Part shown: one piece after another, positions 13,170-27,009 of the stretch
Layout of the letters: the number at the start of each line of letters is the position of its first letter
Numbering within the stretch: the first letter of the stretch is position 1
Source of the DNA: the human T2T-CHM13v2.0 reference genome, Homo sapiens
DNA: 64,000 bases
Reading direction: 5' to 3' (one strand)
Assembly: GCF_009914755.1 (NCBI RefSeq)
Contig: NC_060940.1
Translations under genes and position numbers: made by a program
The notes under the pieces: model-generated
Told to the model about the DNA's origin: nothing
Seen by the model: the letters and a program-made list of their open reading frames with translations, nothing else
Database searches by the model: none

Positions 13170-13583
13170 TGTGATAGTTAATTGTATATGTTAACTGGAC
13201 TGAGCCACAGGATACCTAGATATTTGGTTAAATATTATTTTTGATGGGTGAGTGAGGGTGATTTTGGATGATTGAAATCTGTAGACTGAGTAAAGCAAAT
13301 TGTACTTTCCAATGTGAGTGGACCTCCTTAAATCTGATAGATGCCTGAATAGAACAAAAGGTGAGGTAAGAGAGAATTTCCTCTCTCTGCCTGACTGCTT
13401 TTGAGCTGAGACATTGCTCTTTTCCTGGACTCAAACTGGAACTCATACCACCAACCCTCCTTGTTTTCAGGTCTTCAGACTCATACTGAAGCTATACCAC
13501 AAGCCATCCTGGCTCTCCAGCTGGCACATAGAAAATTATAGTACTATACAGACTTCATAATTGCATGAGCCAATTCTTTATAC

Positions 13584-13649
<66 letters not shown>

Positions 13650-13691
13650 ATCTATTGGTTTTATTCTTTTCTGGAGAGTCCTGACTAATTA
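13170..13691 (+). mobile_element. MLT2 (ERVL) solo LTR, MLT2B/D-like
   Basis: Starts tgtgatagttaattgtatatgt; contains gtagactgagtaaagcaaattg, ctgaatagaacaaaagg and gagccaattc; ends ctattgg...ctggagagtcctgactaat. An internal (TA)n is typical of MLT2. Confidence 0.9.
13579..13644. repeat. (TA)n microsatellite with an uninterrupted (TA)23 at 13599-13644
   Basis: Directly visible. Confidence 0.97.
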
Positions 13692-13779
13692 TCTATCTAT
13701 ACAGCTATCTTTTCTATAAGCAGGGAAATTGTGTTGGAATAAAATAATTCCACTCAATTCTCTAAACATTTTTGAAATA

Positions 13780-14215
13780 ATGATATTTATTAGACATTAC
13801 TTCATATACGGCACCATATTCTGCACAATTGTTATAACAATGCCCTAAAGTCAATGAGATTCCTAATATCATAGAGTTTACATTTTCACTGAAAAGATAG
13901 CTTGTAATCAAATAACATACACTAAAATAATAATGCAAAGTAGCATAGGATAAGTTCCACAAGTGGAAATATAATGAGACATGAATATAAATATATTGGG
14001 GAGCTGACCTGGTCTGAGAATCCAGAAAGAATTCTTCTGGAAAAGACTTCTTCAGTGAGTTGTGTAAAGTAAGTAAGAATTAAGTAGACAAATTAGTTGG
14101 GCAGCAGGGGTCAAATGAAGCATAGGTTAAACATATATGAAGACCTAGAGGCATGGTAAACTATAGCTTGTTGGGGAAAAATAAAAAAGAAAACTAAAAG
14201 AAGGCTAACAGACTT
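13780..14215 (-). mobile_element. L2 fragment
   Basis: atcatagagtttacatttt, ggggagctgacctggtctgagaatccagaaag and gaagacctagaggcatg match antisense L2. Confidence 0.6.
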
Positions 14216-14218
14216 GGA

Positions 14219-14331
14219 TACTCAGGGGGCTGATGTGGGAAGATCACTTGAGGCCAGGAGTTCAAGGCTGCAATGAGCCATGATCATACCACTGCACTCC
14301 AGTCTGGAAGATGGAGCAAGACCCTATAAAA
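14219..14331 (+). mobile_element. Alu right-arm fragment (FRAM/AluJo-like)
   Basis: tactcagggggctgatgtgggaagatcacttgaggccaggagttcaaggctgcaatgagccatgatcataccactgcactccagtctgg. Confidence 0.88.
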
Positions 14332-17022
14332 GACCCCTTGCAGAAGGGTAGGGTTTTCATTTAGTCTTGGTTTTGCCATTTTTCTTAACCATACAAATGA
14401 AGAGCTTTCATATTCTCCTACATCTTTACTGGAAAAGAAAGCATTTTTTACACTATTTTAAAAAATAGAGATATTTAACAAGATCTATTAGAAAGAGGTT
14501 GTGGCTGTGTGTCTGTCTTGTTTTTTGTTGTTGTTTGTTTATTGAGTTTCTTTTTGTGCATGTGAAAAGTGCTGCAGACACATTTTCTCATGTTTTGGCT
14601 CTCAGAATTATAAACTTGGATCAATCTGTTACTTTCTAAATTATAAAAGTTTAGTATTATCTGAAACATTTTTGTTTAAAATAAGGCCAAGGGCTAACAG
14701 GGTTTCTAAGTTTTTACAACTTACAGAGACATATTTTATGGCTAAATTTAAAGACCTGATTTAATAAAATTACTGAGTTCCAAAATCAGCCAGCTAAGGC
14801 ATTTAAATGGGAGATATCAACTATTAGATATAAGCCTTGTTAGTCAAACCAACACAATTCAATAACTTTGCAATTTCATTTTTATCATCAATTATATCTT
14901 AATTTCTGGATGAAGTGATTAGCTAGCATGGAATGTTGGTTAGAAGAAAGATAATGAGGGTGACTGAGGGAAAAAATGGTCTCCTGAATTACATTATCAA
15001 AACATTAGAGAGTTCAAAAGGAAAATGAGAACACTTATTATTTTTGTCTGTTAGGCAATGTGATACTTTATGGACTTAAAACTATTTCAGAGGACTGTCA
15101 GTTTAAAGTTGAAACTTGCTGGTAGATTCCGAAAATACCTCTTGAATCATCTCAAAATAATACTTCAGAAAATTCTCCAAAGAAACCTAATAAAATCTAG
15201 ACCATAACATTATGTACTAAAATGGAGAGCTGGCTATTCCTAAATTTGAGACGGTTGTCTGCATGTTGTAATGACAAGGCAGATTAAGCAAAAATAAAAT
15301 TATCAACAGTAAGGATCTTCTCTCTACATTGTCAGATAATTCAGTAATCAACCAACATTAGGAGAGAAATAAAGGGACTTTGGTGAGACTAGGGGTTACT
15401 GATTGCCTAAGAAATACTTAGTGCACATGAATAAGACATTGTTGGGTGAGATGGATATAGAAAATATGCTTAATCTTTATTGTTTTCTGTTCTCTATTAG
15501 TTTGTACTCTACACGTTCAGAGGGTCAGTCAGAGAGTGGGGCAAAGGTTTTCTTTCCAGTCCCCAAAGGCAAGCAGATGAAAGGAGAATTTGCATCTTGT
15601 GCCTATTGGAAAAATATGAATCTGGATATATATTTCCTTATTCAACAAGAGTGAATAAAAGAACAAAACCCAACAAATAAAACTTGAAAAACAAGAGAAA
15701 AAAATTGTTACTCAGATGAATACGCTTTTGTAATGGATATACTGTAAACCAAAGAATTTTGTAGGAAGATGTTTGTCACTTTTAAGACAAGAAGACCACT
15801 TCTCCAAATTATCATACGATGTCACAAAAAATAATGACCCAGAAGAAAAGACAACATGATAGTTTACATTGGGAAAAGGAGAATTAATGATGCCTGAGCC
15901 ACCTTTTCTTACCTTCCATGAAAATATCCATGTAACACAGGTGAACAAATGCACAGCTGTACTAATTTTGGAAGTTAGGAATGTCATGTCACTAGAATGA
16001 GTTTCTAGTAACCAAATTGTTAAGACACAATAGGGGCCCAGAGAGAAAAATGGTTAAGAGATTTTTATTATCTCCAGTTTGTACTTGAACCTAGATAATT
16101 AAAGTTCTAATTTGAAGGATTTGCTTCAAAGTAGCCCAATTTGCAGAATTTGCCTTCCAGGACAAGCTCATTTTATACATATATCCCTATTGCTTTCTGA
16201 TATGTGAAGGTAGAGGCAGGGTACAAGGCTGAGACAGGGATTACCCAATAATGGTGCACATTGGTGGTTCTGAGCACTGAGTAAAAAAATATTTCAGGTG
16301 GACTCCCATTGTTCCTCATGCACGGTCAATAGAATATACAAAAGCAAGAGAAGGTCTTTTCTTGATCCAGGAAAGCTACATTTTAGAGATGAAAACTAGA
16401 TACTCAGAAACTGGATGAGCTTTTGTGCATATGGAGGCAGAGGAAGATTATACTGGAGAACTTCTGTAACCTGAGAGAAAGCCGGGCCACTCCACCCATT
16501 CTGCTTAAGGACCTCCATAGAATAGGCACTCACTTAATTAAGGATCCATAACAAAATGTGGGAGGCAGGGTAGCATTAGACTTAGGAGAAACTTCTGCAG
16601 TCTAAAGGAAGAAAGTCTTTAAAGTCACAAAAGGCACAACTTTGATGAAAATTTACTATACAAATATTAATGAATTGTGGAAAGAAAGATTACCATACAG
16701 CATAAAAATAATATTTTAATTCTGTAATATTAGTGTGTACTGGAAACTCTTGGAGCATAAATGCTTTGACTTTATCTAAAACATGCACTGAAACCAATTA
16801 AGTGTAAGTTACCTCTAAATGATTTACCTTCAGTGGAAGCCCATATTAAAGCAATTCACAGGAAAACCATTTTATTAAGATTCTGCCACAGGAAATTGAA
16901 CCTATGGAATGTTAAAATTCATATAATGACATTCATTCAACACATATATATTGGTTTTTTTACTCTAGGTCAGACAGTGGTAGACACTGGTGAATTAACT
17001 ATAAATAGGATGTAGCACCTAT

Positions 17023-17175
17023 GAGAGGCACTGTGACATTTTTCTAAAACCTAGAAGGCAGAAGCCTGCCTTCACGTTCTGACTCTGCTATCTTCTCTGC
17101 CATTGTGACTATGGAAAAATTATTTAACCTCTTTGTACCTTAATTCCTCATTTGTAAAATAGGGATAATGTTATT
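17023..17175 (+). mobile_element. MIR inserted in an antisense L2 fragment (L2 pieces at about 16930-17020 and 17550-17900)
   Basis: MIR core tgtgactatggaaaaattatttaacctctttgtaccttaattcctcatttgtaaaatagggataat. The flanks resemble the antisense L2 3' region (cattcattcaacacatatatattg). Confidence 0.7.
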
Positions 17176-17179
17176 TATA

Positions 17180-17545
17180 TTTTGCATATTCATTTGTACT
17201 TTATTATATTCATTTTTATATCTATATTGGTGTATATCTACATATCTATATATGGTTATGTATATTTATAATTACACATGATTATACTTACTAATCCATA
17301 CATATGATTATATCATCACCTGGAACATAGGGAATATATCAATTATCAATTATTCATATGTATATGTGTGTATATATATGTGTTTTGAATATATACATGT
17401 GTATGTATCTATATATAGGTTTCTGTAAACACACGCACATATATATAGACACACACATATAGGTATCTATACACACACAAAGATAGACACCTATACATAA
17501 AGATACACACATATGTATGTGTATATGTATATGTACATGAGAGAG
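17180..17545. repeat. TA/TG/CA-rich low-complexity region
   Basis: Degenerate alternating purine-pyrimidine repeats. Confidence 0.8.
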
Positions 17546-18641
17546 ACAGCTAAGAATTGTATTCAGCTTGTTTTAAGTGCCATGGAAATATATAAGAATC
17601 ATCATCTTCATTAAATATCTTACAATTTAGAAGGTGAATATGGTGTTTATATTTTTTAATATAAGATTATGAATTGTAATGGGTACAAACTGTTGTGGGA
17701 TATCAGAATGTGTCATTTTATTGGGGAAGTATAAGATGATTTCATAGACATTGAGAGGTTTTGGTGCGGTGCTGTTTCTTTTGATTTTTCTAAATGAGAA
17801 AGAGGAACGTTAGTAAGTAAAGAACGGATTACGGAATATTCAGGGAATTATTATAAGCTCAGGAAGACTCATAAGACATTCGGGAGAAAAGTAACTGACT
17901 TGAATCTATGGTGGATATTAGTGACATAGTAGAAATGTTATATTTCCTTGAAGTTGTTTCAAGTTTCTTACTATACTCTGCAAAATTATTAGAGGACTTA
18001 ATCAGTCCAATATCAGTTCTTGGTAGTTTATCATATTGTGGAATTGATTTGACATCAGTGTTATTACCAGGAAAAAAAAATCTCTGTCAACTTTAAAAGA
18101 TGGGCCTAACATTTCTTCTTACTCTTAAAACTGCTATTATAAAAGTTTGCTAAGTTGAATTCTCTCACTTTGCTAAGTCAAATTTATTTCATGATTTGTT
18201 GAAATGGTCCATGTAAGATGTTATTAGATAAGGGCTTTTAAACAGCAAGTGTTTAATACCTTTAACTTATTCAAGATATATTCAATAAATGAATATTACA
18301 TATTTTTAAATATTGAAAATATAAATACAGATAAAATATGTTCTCTAGCATTGAGAAAACCATTGTTTTAGAGACTATGCTTGTAGTTGATCTCTAAGGA
18401 TCTTTCTAGATAGGAACTTTAATAGTTCCACACAATTTTCAGTGTGATAAGAGGATTTTATCAGGCAAGTATCGGTTTTCAATGGTGGATCATAATGTCA
18501 AATAGATTTGATACCAGTTTTCTTACCTGGAAACAAATCCATGCTAAGTTGTTAAATATATGTTTAACATTTCCCCTTATGATTAAAACTTTTTGACTCA
18601 CCAAACTTTTGAGTTTGACTCAAACTATTGATTTCACAGTC

Positions 18642-18947
<306 letters not shown>

Positions 18948-20109
18948 CTGATTTAGCTGTCTTCTTTACGTAGTTTCTGCTTTATATGAGCACAGATGAA
19001 TATAAAAACGTGTATGAATGATAAATGGGGAATTTAGAACTCTCAAGGAAGAAGTAGCTCAATGACAAATATCTAGAATGCAAAGAACTGGAATGGGACA
19101 AATTCTAAATTGGAAATTCTAATTTCCACTAGAAGATCTTTTGCCTGCCATCTTCTCTGGTACCAATCCTAAGTGTGAAGTTTGACAATTTCTTTTCTGT
19201 ATTTAAATATATTTTTAAACCAATAGTAAATGTTTAAATAAATAAAGAATATAATTTTTCTTCCTGACCACTTCATGTTCTCAGAGCCAAATCTCAATAG
19301 TGAATTATCCACTTATATCACTGTTTAAAGTTAGTGCCAGATCTTCCAGGTTTCAGAGCGATTCTAGGAGTCTACTGTGGCTCTCTCTTTTGGGAAATCA
19401 CGGGGCAGCAAGACGTGTCCACTACTGTTGCCATCAGACAGGAGCAGACACCATGATGAATGTGAGGTGCTAAAGGAATGTGCTCAGATTACACAGAGAT
19501 AAGAATTGAGGGGTATTTTAGAATTTCTTAGTCTTCATTGATTTTCCAATCTGACAAACACTATTTGAATCCATATTTATTTTTACCTTCATCTATTCTA
19601 CTTCTCTTGCTCTTATTCTTTCTTTAATTCATCAGACATTTGTAAATTCCTGCCAAATAGCAGAACTATGTTGGATAGGAGGGAGGGTGATGATAAGTAT
19701 ATTATCGATAATGGACTGGGTGGGCACAGGCATAAGAATCAATTTCTCTGTGACCATGTGATAAATTCAATAACAGAGTGGCTTTCACCTTTTTACCTTG
19801 CAAGTCTGTCAATTTCCCCCAACAGCACATATCCCACGATTCTCTTTGAGACACGACTATTACATCATCTGCTGAATGCATACTTTGAGTCGTCTGTACT
19901 TTGTCTAATTACCATTATGATTTTTCTTCACTTGTCCTAATAATGTACAGGGTGATTTCTGTGACTGTCAAGTAAGGAAGCTGAAGTTTTGAAATGGGAT
20001 AGTGCTCCATTCCTCCTGAATTTTGATGTACTAGTTCGTGTTTTTACTGTTCTCTGATGAACAGGCCATCCAGTGCTAATGGATTATAATACATTAAGTA
20101 AACATATGG

Positions 20110-20360
20110 TTAAAATGTGAGATGGAGTAGAGGGCAAAGGGCATGAAGAATCAGGATAACTTTATTGTTAGTTCTGTGGGTGTCCTTGGGCAGATAGGAA
20201 AATCTTTCTGGGTCTCTCTTCATCTGTAATATGTGGGTAACCAATGCTTTTCCTCTCTTTCCCATGGGCATATATTGAGAAAAGCTTCTGAAAGCATGAT
20301 TCCACATTGCATTCCCTGCATCTAGCATAGAAATTGTTACTGCATATATGTTTTAAAACT
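20110..20360 (+). mobile_element. MIR fragment
   Basis: tgggtgtccttgggcag...tctcttcatctgtaatatgtgggtaac...cctgcatctagcataga. Confidence 0.55.
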
Positions 20361-21404
20361 ATGTTAAATAAATGAGTAATATGTACTTTGAAAAGCAGAA
20401 AATGCTGTAGAGTATACATATAATGGATTACTAGTACTTTATTTATCTAGAGCTTGTGCACTTAGGGATGTTTGGAATAGCTGTAAAAATGGCTTCTCAT
20501 ACTTTTCAGCTTGGTAAAATGGATATTAAATCAGTTCAAGGGTAAGAATGACATTATGCAGTGAGGACTGAAGCTCTGGGATCTGATATTCATGCATGGA
20601 GGTTCCCACAATAGCCAGGGGCATGGCACCTTCATGCATCAAAATAATGGAACAATGTTGACAATAATGAAGATGAATCGCATGATTTTAGGCATTGATC
20701 TACTTGTGTTTTCAACTGTGAAAGTGTAGATGATCCTAAGTGTTGGCCAATGCAGCTTAAAAACCGCTCAATAATTATACATCCAACTATATAGGAAACA
20801 AATGTATATACTTATTCTTTTATATGCCAATGTTTTAAAATGTTTTCCAAATGAATTGTGGACATCACTATGACTTGGTGCATTATTAATAATTAAATGA
20901 GCAGCATAAACTTTGATGTTCACATTTTGGTTTTGTTGTGCTTTTGTGGGCTCTGTGGAAACGAAATCTTTTCTCATGAGCATCTTGAAATAGCTAAGTG
21001 ATTTTCATCAACCAATACCTGAAGCTTAGAATAACTATCTTATCAACTCCTAGCTGTCTAAAGAGTTATTTGATATTAGATTCTCCTGTGTAAAAATACC
21101 TGGTGGAGCAACATGACTTATCTAGGGAGAATACAAATGTCCTTCGCATAGCTTAAAACATTATTCTCATGTTGACTTCAGCTTGACTGTTCAGGTATGT
21201 TATCTCAGTTAACCATTTGCCCCATACCTAGGAGTGAATGGCTATTCAAAATACTGGCAAAAGGAAGAGTTCCTACCATTGATAGAGAGACTTTGCTAGG
21301 ACCAGAGTAAGAAGACGAGCATTAGCAAAAAGTGTGGGCTAGTGGAATAGCTTGATATCTGGGGATTCCAAATGTAAAAACAATTTTTCTAATTCTGGAA
21401 AGCC

Positions 21405-24325
21405 TTCTAATTCTGGAAAGATGGAAGAGATATACTTTGCCCTATTCCTCCCACTAATTATAAACAACCACCCTATAGCTTATATTTAAAACAAATGTGA
21501 AAATATTCTGAAAGCTGAAAGGAAGAAGACAAAGAGTCTAGGGATTTTAGGACTTAAGGAATGACATGGTGGTGAGTTTCCTGATTTTATTTTTGCCTGA
21601 TAAATTCCAGAAATGAAGATGAAGATGAAGATGAAGATGCTGGTAACCCAGAAATGCCAATACATAGACAAAATAATGTCTCAAAAAAAATCTGCCTTTC
21701 TAGTAAAAAGACCAGGAAAGAGACAACCAAGGAAGATAGTTATTTGGCTCCCACTGCAGCCAAATAACACACATGCACACAAACCCATGCATACACTCTG
21801 TGGCTCCACCCCTAACCCCACCAGCAAAGGTAGAGTGAAGAGCCTAGACTTCCATCCTTTCCAGGTTGAAAGAAGATGCTCCAAACTTTCTGCAGAGAAA
21901 TTTGAGCAAGTTTCACAGTTTTCCCCGTTGCCCAGCAGTAATAGCCTAGACTTTGACTCCCACCTGGCAGTAATGAAGCACCCCATTCTCCCCATTGAGG
22001 TGGTATCAGAGGAGATTGAATAAAGAGTCAGGATATTCCCCACTGTCCATTGATAATCATATCACATCCATCTGTGTTTCAGGTCATCTGAACAGAGGAT
22101 ATCACTAGCAGTATACTCAAAAAAAAGTTATAATGGCACCAAAATTTCCAAACTTGACAAAATATATAAACCGACAGATTTAAGAAACTGAATAAACTCT
22201 AGACAGCATAACCCCACCCCCACCAAAATCCACACAAAGATACATCATAGCCAAACTTGTGAAAACTAAGGGCAAACTAAATGAACATCTTGAAGGCAGC
22301 AAGAAAGAAATAACAACTTGCATATGGGGGAACAATTCAAATGATGATAGATTTCTCATTGGAAACTGTGAAAGCCAAAAGAAAGTCGCACATCAATTTT
22401 CAAGTGATGAAAGGGAAAAAATGTCAACCTATAATTCTGTCTCCATCAAAAATGTTCTTCAGGATTAAATGGAAAATTAAGACATTCTCAGATGGAAGAA
22501 AACTAAAATAATTTGTTGTTAGCTGACCTACCTTGGAGAATGGCTAGAGGAAGTTCTCTAACATAAAGAAAGCCACAAAAGATGAACCATGAAACAAGAA
22601 GGGAAAGAATACAGTAAGCAAAAAATATGTCTAAATATAACAGAAACCCCTTGTCCTGTTTTTTTCTAAATTATGCTTGCTGGTAGAAGTAAAAATTAGA
22701 ATGCTGTCAGATGTGGTAGTTAAAAACATGTAAAGGAAAATTTTAAAACATTGTAAGTGGGGGATAGTAAAGGGAGATGAGATTTCTATATATCAATTAA
22801 ATTTACACATATACATTTATATTAAATATGTCAATTTACATTTTTTGTGTATACCCACACATACTACAGTACCTACAGCAACCACAGAAAAGGCATACAA
22901 AAGGAATACACTCAAAAATACTTTGGCTAAATCAAAATGGAACTCTAAAACACATTCAAATAATCCACAGAGCAGGGAAAAGGAAAACAGAAATACAAAA
23001 CAAGAAAAGAGGGAAGAAAATAAAAATAATAAAAGATGAAAAGAAAGACTTAAGCCCTAATATAACAATAATTATATTAAATCTAAATGTTATGAATAAC
23101 TCAAATAAAACAAAGAAATTGAAAGAGTAGATTAACATGACCCAGCTATATGCTATCTACAAGTAAATTCACTGAAAATATAACGTTAAGGCAGATTGAA
23201 ATAAAAAAGATGAGAAAAACATAGCATGCAAACATTGGTCAAAAGAAAGCAAGGGGTGGCTATATCAATATCAGATAAAGTAGACTTGAGAAAAAAGAGA
23301 GGGAAATTATATAATGATAAATGATTAGTGTCTCAAGAAGATATAACAGTCCTAAATGTGCATATGCCAGGTAACAGAGCTACAATATATTTAAAAAAAA
23401 ACACAGGCATAACTTAAAGGAGAAATAAACAAATTAACTAGTGTAATGAGATACTTCAACACTTCTATATTTATAATTAATAAAACAACTAGATAGAAAA
23501 TTAGCAAGAATACAGAATAACTAAACTACAATATCAATCAATAGGCTCTAATTGCCATTCGTAGAACACTCCACCCAACAGCAAAATAGACATCTTTTTA
23601 AACTTTTCTTGGAAGAAATTTTAGAGTAGACCATATTTTATTACATAAAACCCCATCCAACAAGTTTAAAAGAACTGAAATGACATACAATGTTACTAAT
23701 ATTTGACACACAGTGAAATCAAACTAGAAGTAAATAATAGAAAGAGAGGAACATCTCTAAACCCTTGGAAACTAAACAACACACTTCAAAATAATCCATG
23801 GACCCTTTGAAACTAACAACACACTTCAAAATAATCCATGGGTAAAGGAGGAAGTCCCAAGGGAAACGGTAAAAAACAAGAACAATGAACTGAATGAAAA
23901 TAAAAACGCGGTGTATAAAAACTTGAGGATCACAGCTAAAACTGTCTTGCAAGGGAAATTTATTATACCAAATGCATACATTAGAAAAGAGGAAGCCTCA
24001 AAACAAAATCTAGGCTCTCACCTTAAGGTCCCAGCAAAAGGGAAGCAAAATAAACCCAAAGCAGCAGTAGGAAAAAAATAATGAAGATAAAAGCAAAAAT
24101 ATATGAAACTGAAAATGGGAAAACAGTAGAGAAAATCAATGAATTGATGTTCTGTTTTATGAAAAAAAATAAGTAAAATTGACAACACTGTAGCCTAACA
24201 GACAAGAAAAGAGAGAGAATACACAAAATATCAATTTCACAAGTGAAAGAGAGAATATCACTACAGACCCTGTAACAAATAAAGGATAATAAGAAAAAAA
24301 CAGGAACCACTCTGCACACATAATT
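21405..24325 (+). mobile_element. Old L1M (L1MC/L1MD-type) 5' portion: 5'UTR, partial ORF1, inter-ORF and the ORF2 endonuclease region; 3'-truncated
   Basis: 5' motif aagatggaagagatatactttgccctattcctcccacta. ORF1-like (aagatacatcatagccaaacttgtgaaaactaag) and ORF2 EN-like (gacccagctatatgctatctacaag, atatcagataaagtagactt, gagatacttcaacact) sequence with many stops. Confidence 0.8.
23761..23841. repeat. 41-bp tandem duplication inside L1M
   Basis: acccttggaaactaaacaacacacttcaaaataatccatgg followed by accctttgaaactaacaacacacttcaaaataatccatgg. Confidence 0.92.
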
Positions 24326-24799
24326 GCATTTGTTTTCTCCTTGAGCTGCAACTGCGAGTTGTCTTACCCTGTCTTTGGGGGCCTGACATAATAGTCATCA
24401 ACATTTTTATTCTTGCTCTATTTCCAAGGATGTCTTGGTTCCCTTCACAACCCCTGCCCCCAATAAATGATCCTAATCAGAAAACCATTTCTCTCTCTTA
24501 TTCAAGAAAGTCTGTTCCTCTGTTTCTTCAATGCCCTCTTGGTCTTAAGCAGAAAATCCAAAATCCAGATTTCCAAAATCTGAAATCCAAAATCCAGACA
24601 ATGAGGCAATTGGAAAGCTACTTTTCTTACCTTCCAAGTTCACCATGTTCCATATCCCTACAAACACCCTCAATCAAGCTCATCAGAAAGCATGAGATTG
24701 CTCTGTCAGGAATGTCAGTCACCGCTTACTTCTCTCCCTGGTTCACTCTTCCTCATCTTTTCTGATGGGCTCATCACTTAGTGGTATTCATTAAATTAT

Positions 24800-25110
24800 T
24801 GTCCATCTCCTGCACTGTGAGACCCTTGATGATAGAAACTTTAAGTTTTTTATTGTGCATATCAACACCTCAGCATATTGCATTTTATGTTGGTTCACAA
24901 AGGAAAACACCTCCAGTAATTACTCAAGGAACTTCTCACAAATACAGATTATCAGGCTTGATCATGAGATTCTGATTCCATACAACTTGGAAGAGGCACA
25001 GAAATCTGCATTTCCATAAAGTCTTCATGAGAACTTGGTGCAGATGTCCCAAATTTAAGAATAATTAGCAGGAAATAATGAAAAATTAAATAAAGAATGA
25101 AAATAACAAA
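24800..25110. mobile_element. L2 3' end (plus) interrupted by a MER5-type hAT-Charlie element (about 24910-25068)
   Basis: L2: cactgtgagacccttgatgatag. MER5: aaatacagatt...gagattctgattc...agaaatctgcattt. Confidence 0.6.
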
Positions 25111-25869
25111 TTAGCTGTATTCATTTTATTAAATTATTCATTATAAATCCTTGTCCTAAGTCTAAAAATAATTCCAGCAAAACAACTATTTCAAGTTACC
25201 TCCCAAAACATAAATGATGTAAAACATCAAGACTATGTGTTAGCTGTAAAGGAAATAACAAGGCAAAATGTTGGTTGGTTGATTAGTTTAATAGTGAAGC
25301 TTCTTTGAACACTTTTATTTTTCAAGTTTATATCTTCCTAACACTTAATTATGCACTAAACTCTTACATCCCCATTGCTTCATATCGTCTTCACAATAAC
25401 ATCTAGAACTAGAAAGGCAAGTAATAATTATTTTTTTCAGATATATGTGAAGAAAATAAAGCTTAAAGAGGTCAAGACACTTTAAAACAAATTAAACACA
25501 TTACACATTAAAACAAATTAATCCCATCAGCTTATTATAATAGCTACTTGTGATTTTTAATTTGGGAAAATCAACCTTTTTCAGGTGCATACATGTATAT
25601 CCATAGCTACAATCCATATATCCATAGCTGCAATCAACATAGATGTATGTTTAACTCTGTTGTTTTATATTAGTTTTTCATGTTATCACAGACTTCATAA
25701 TTTTTGTCATTTATGTATACATTTTTATTAGTTGATACTCATCCATCCTGTTGAGGAAACATGATTTATTCATCCATTTACCTGCTATTGATCATTTGTT
25801 CATATCCACATTTTAAACTGCATTTTTAAAATATTCTTATAATGAACACATCTGTGACCAAGTACCTAT

Positions 25870-25872
<3 letters not shown>

Positions 25873-25918
<46 letters not shown>
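25873..25918. repeat. (TG)23 microsatellite
   Basis: Directly visible. Confidence 0.97.
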
Positions 25919-25920
<2 letters not shown>

Positions 25921-27009
25921 GTAGGCATTTGAGATTTGAAACCAGATAGCCTGACTAGAACATGAGAAACTGTTTTTCTAATTTTAATTGTAAGATTTTA
26001 GTCAGACAGAGTTAAGACACTGGTTTTTAATCTTTCACCACAAACCAGAAAATTCTTCATTTGAATGAAATATCAAAATCCTCAGCAAATCTTCCAATTT
26101 TCTTCTGCAGCGTGTAGTAGAGATCCATCCAATTTTAAGTCCCAGCCTTTCTCAGAAAAATATGTTCGTATAAATTCTCCATTAATGAAGAGGTCTTATA
26201 TACATACTAGTATGTTTAGAATATCTGGGGGACTATATCTATTACACAAAATTTTTGCTAAACCTTAGACAAAAAAAGAATCAAGTTCCCAAATCCAAGA
26301 TATAGGTAGTATGCTAAATAATGTAAAAAGCAAAAGTTATATAACAATTTAGGAATACAAGGAAATATTTATACCTAGATTTTGACTGAGACTATTATAT
26401 CTCAATTGACCACAAAATCGGCCTTTGGGCTTTTAAAAGCCAAAGATTATATAGGAAACATGATGGATATCTAGTTTCTAAAACTATTAACATTCATAAT
26501 TATAATTTGCCTTTTGGAAACTGGGACTCTAAAAAATGCTAATAGTGAGACTCAAAACATTGATACGCAGATAAAATTGGAAATACATGCAAATCAATTA
26601 CACAAGGCCAGGCTCATTGTTGAAGTTTGCTATTGTACCTGCAGTAAAAGTTAGATGTTAAAATTGCCGAGATAATATTGAAAATGTGAGTCAGCAAGCA
26701 GAATTCCCTAATAACACACTTTACAAAAAATGTTTTCAAATAATGTGAAAGATTAGGTTTTGCTCTGTTTTGTTATGTTGTGTCATAACTTCCTTATCTA
26801 GAAATAAACTAACATTGAGATGGGTTTAATAGTTAAGATATCCACACAGAGTTGGTTTGGAGGGTCTGTGAAACAGATTTGATCTCAAACTTTGATGAGC
26901 ATGGTTTCTAAATTGAGGTAGGAAAAGATCATGAGTCCAAACAGTAAAAGCCATTCAAATAAAGAGATCAGAATTAGTAATTTCAAGGAGAATACAATCA
27001 GGAAGAACT

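Noticed and set aside
15537-15551. Isolated transcription-factor motifs (DR1/HNF4-like ggggcaaaggttt; octamers ATGCAAAT near 2833, 11604 and 26587; AP-1 pair at 18594-18622)
   Set aside because: Single short motifs are expected at this frequency in 64 kb; no independent support.
21613-22043. Overlapping 136-aa and 120-aa ORFs
   Set aside because: They lie in an old L1 5'UTR, and the MKMKMK start comes from a (GAAGAT)n repeat.
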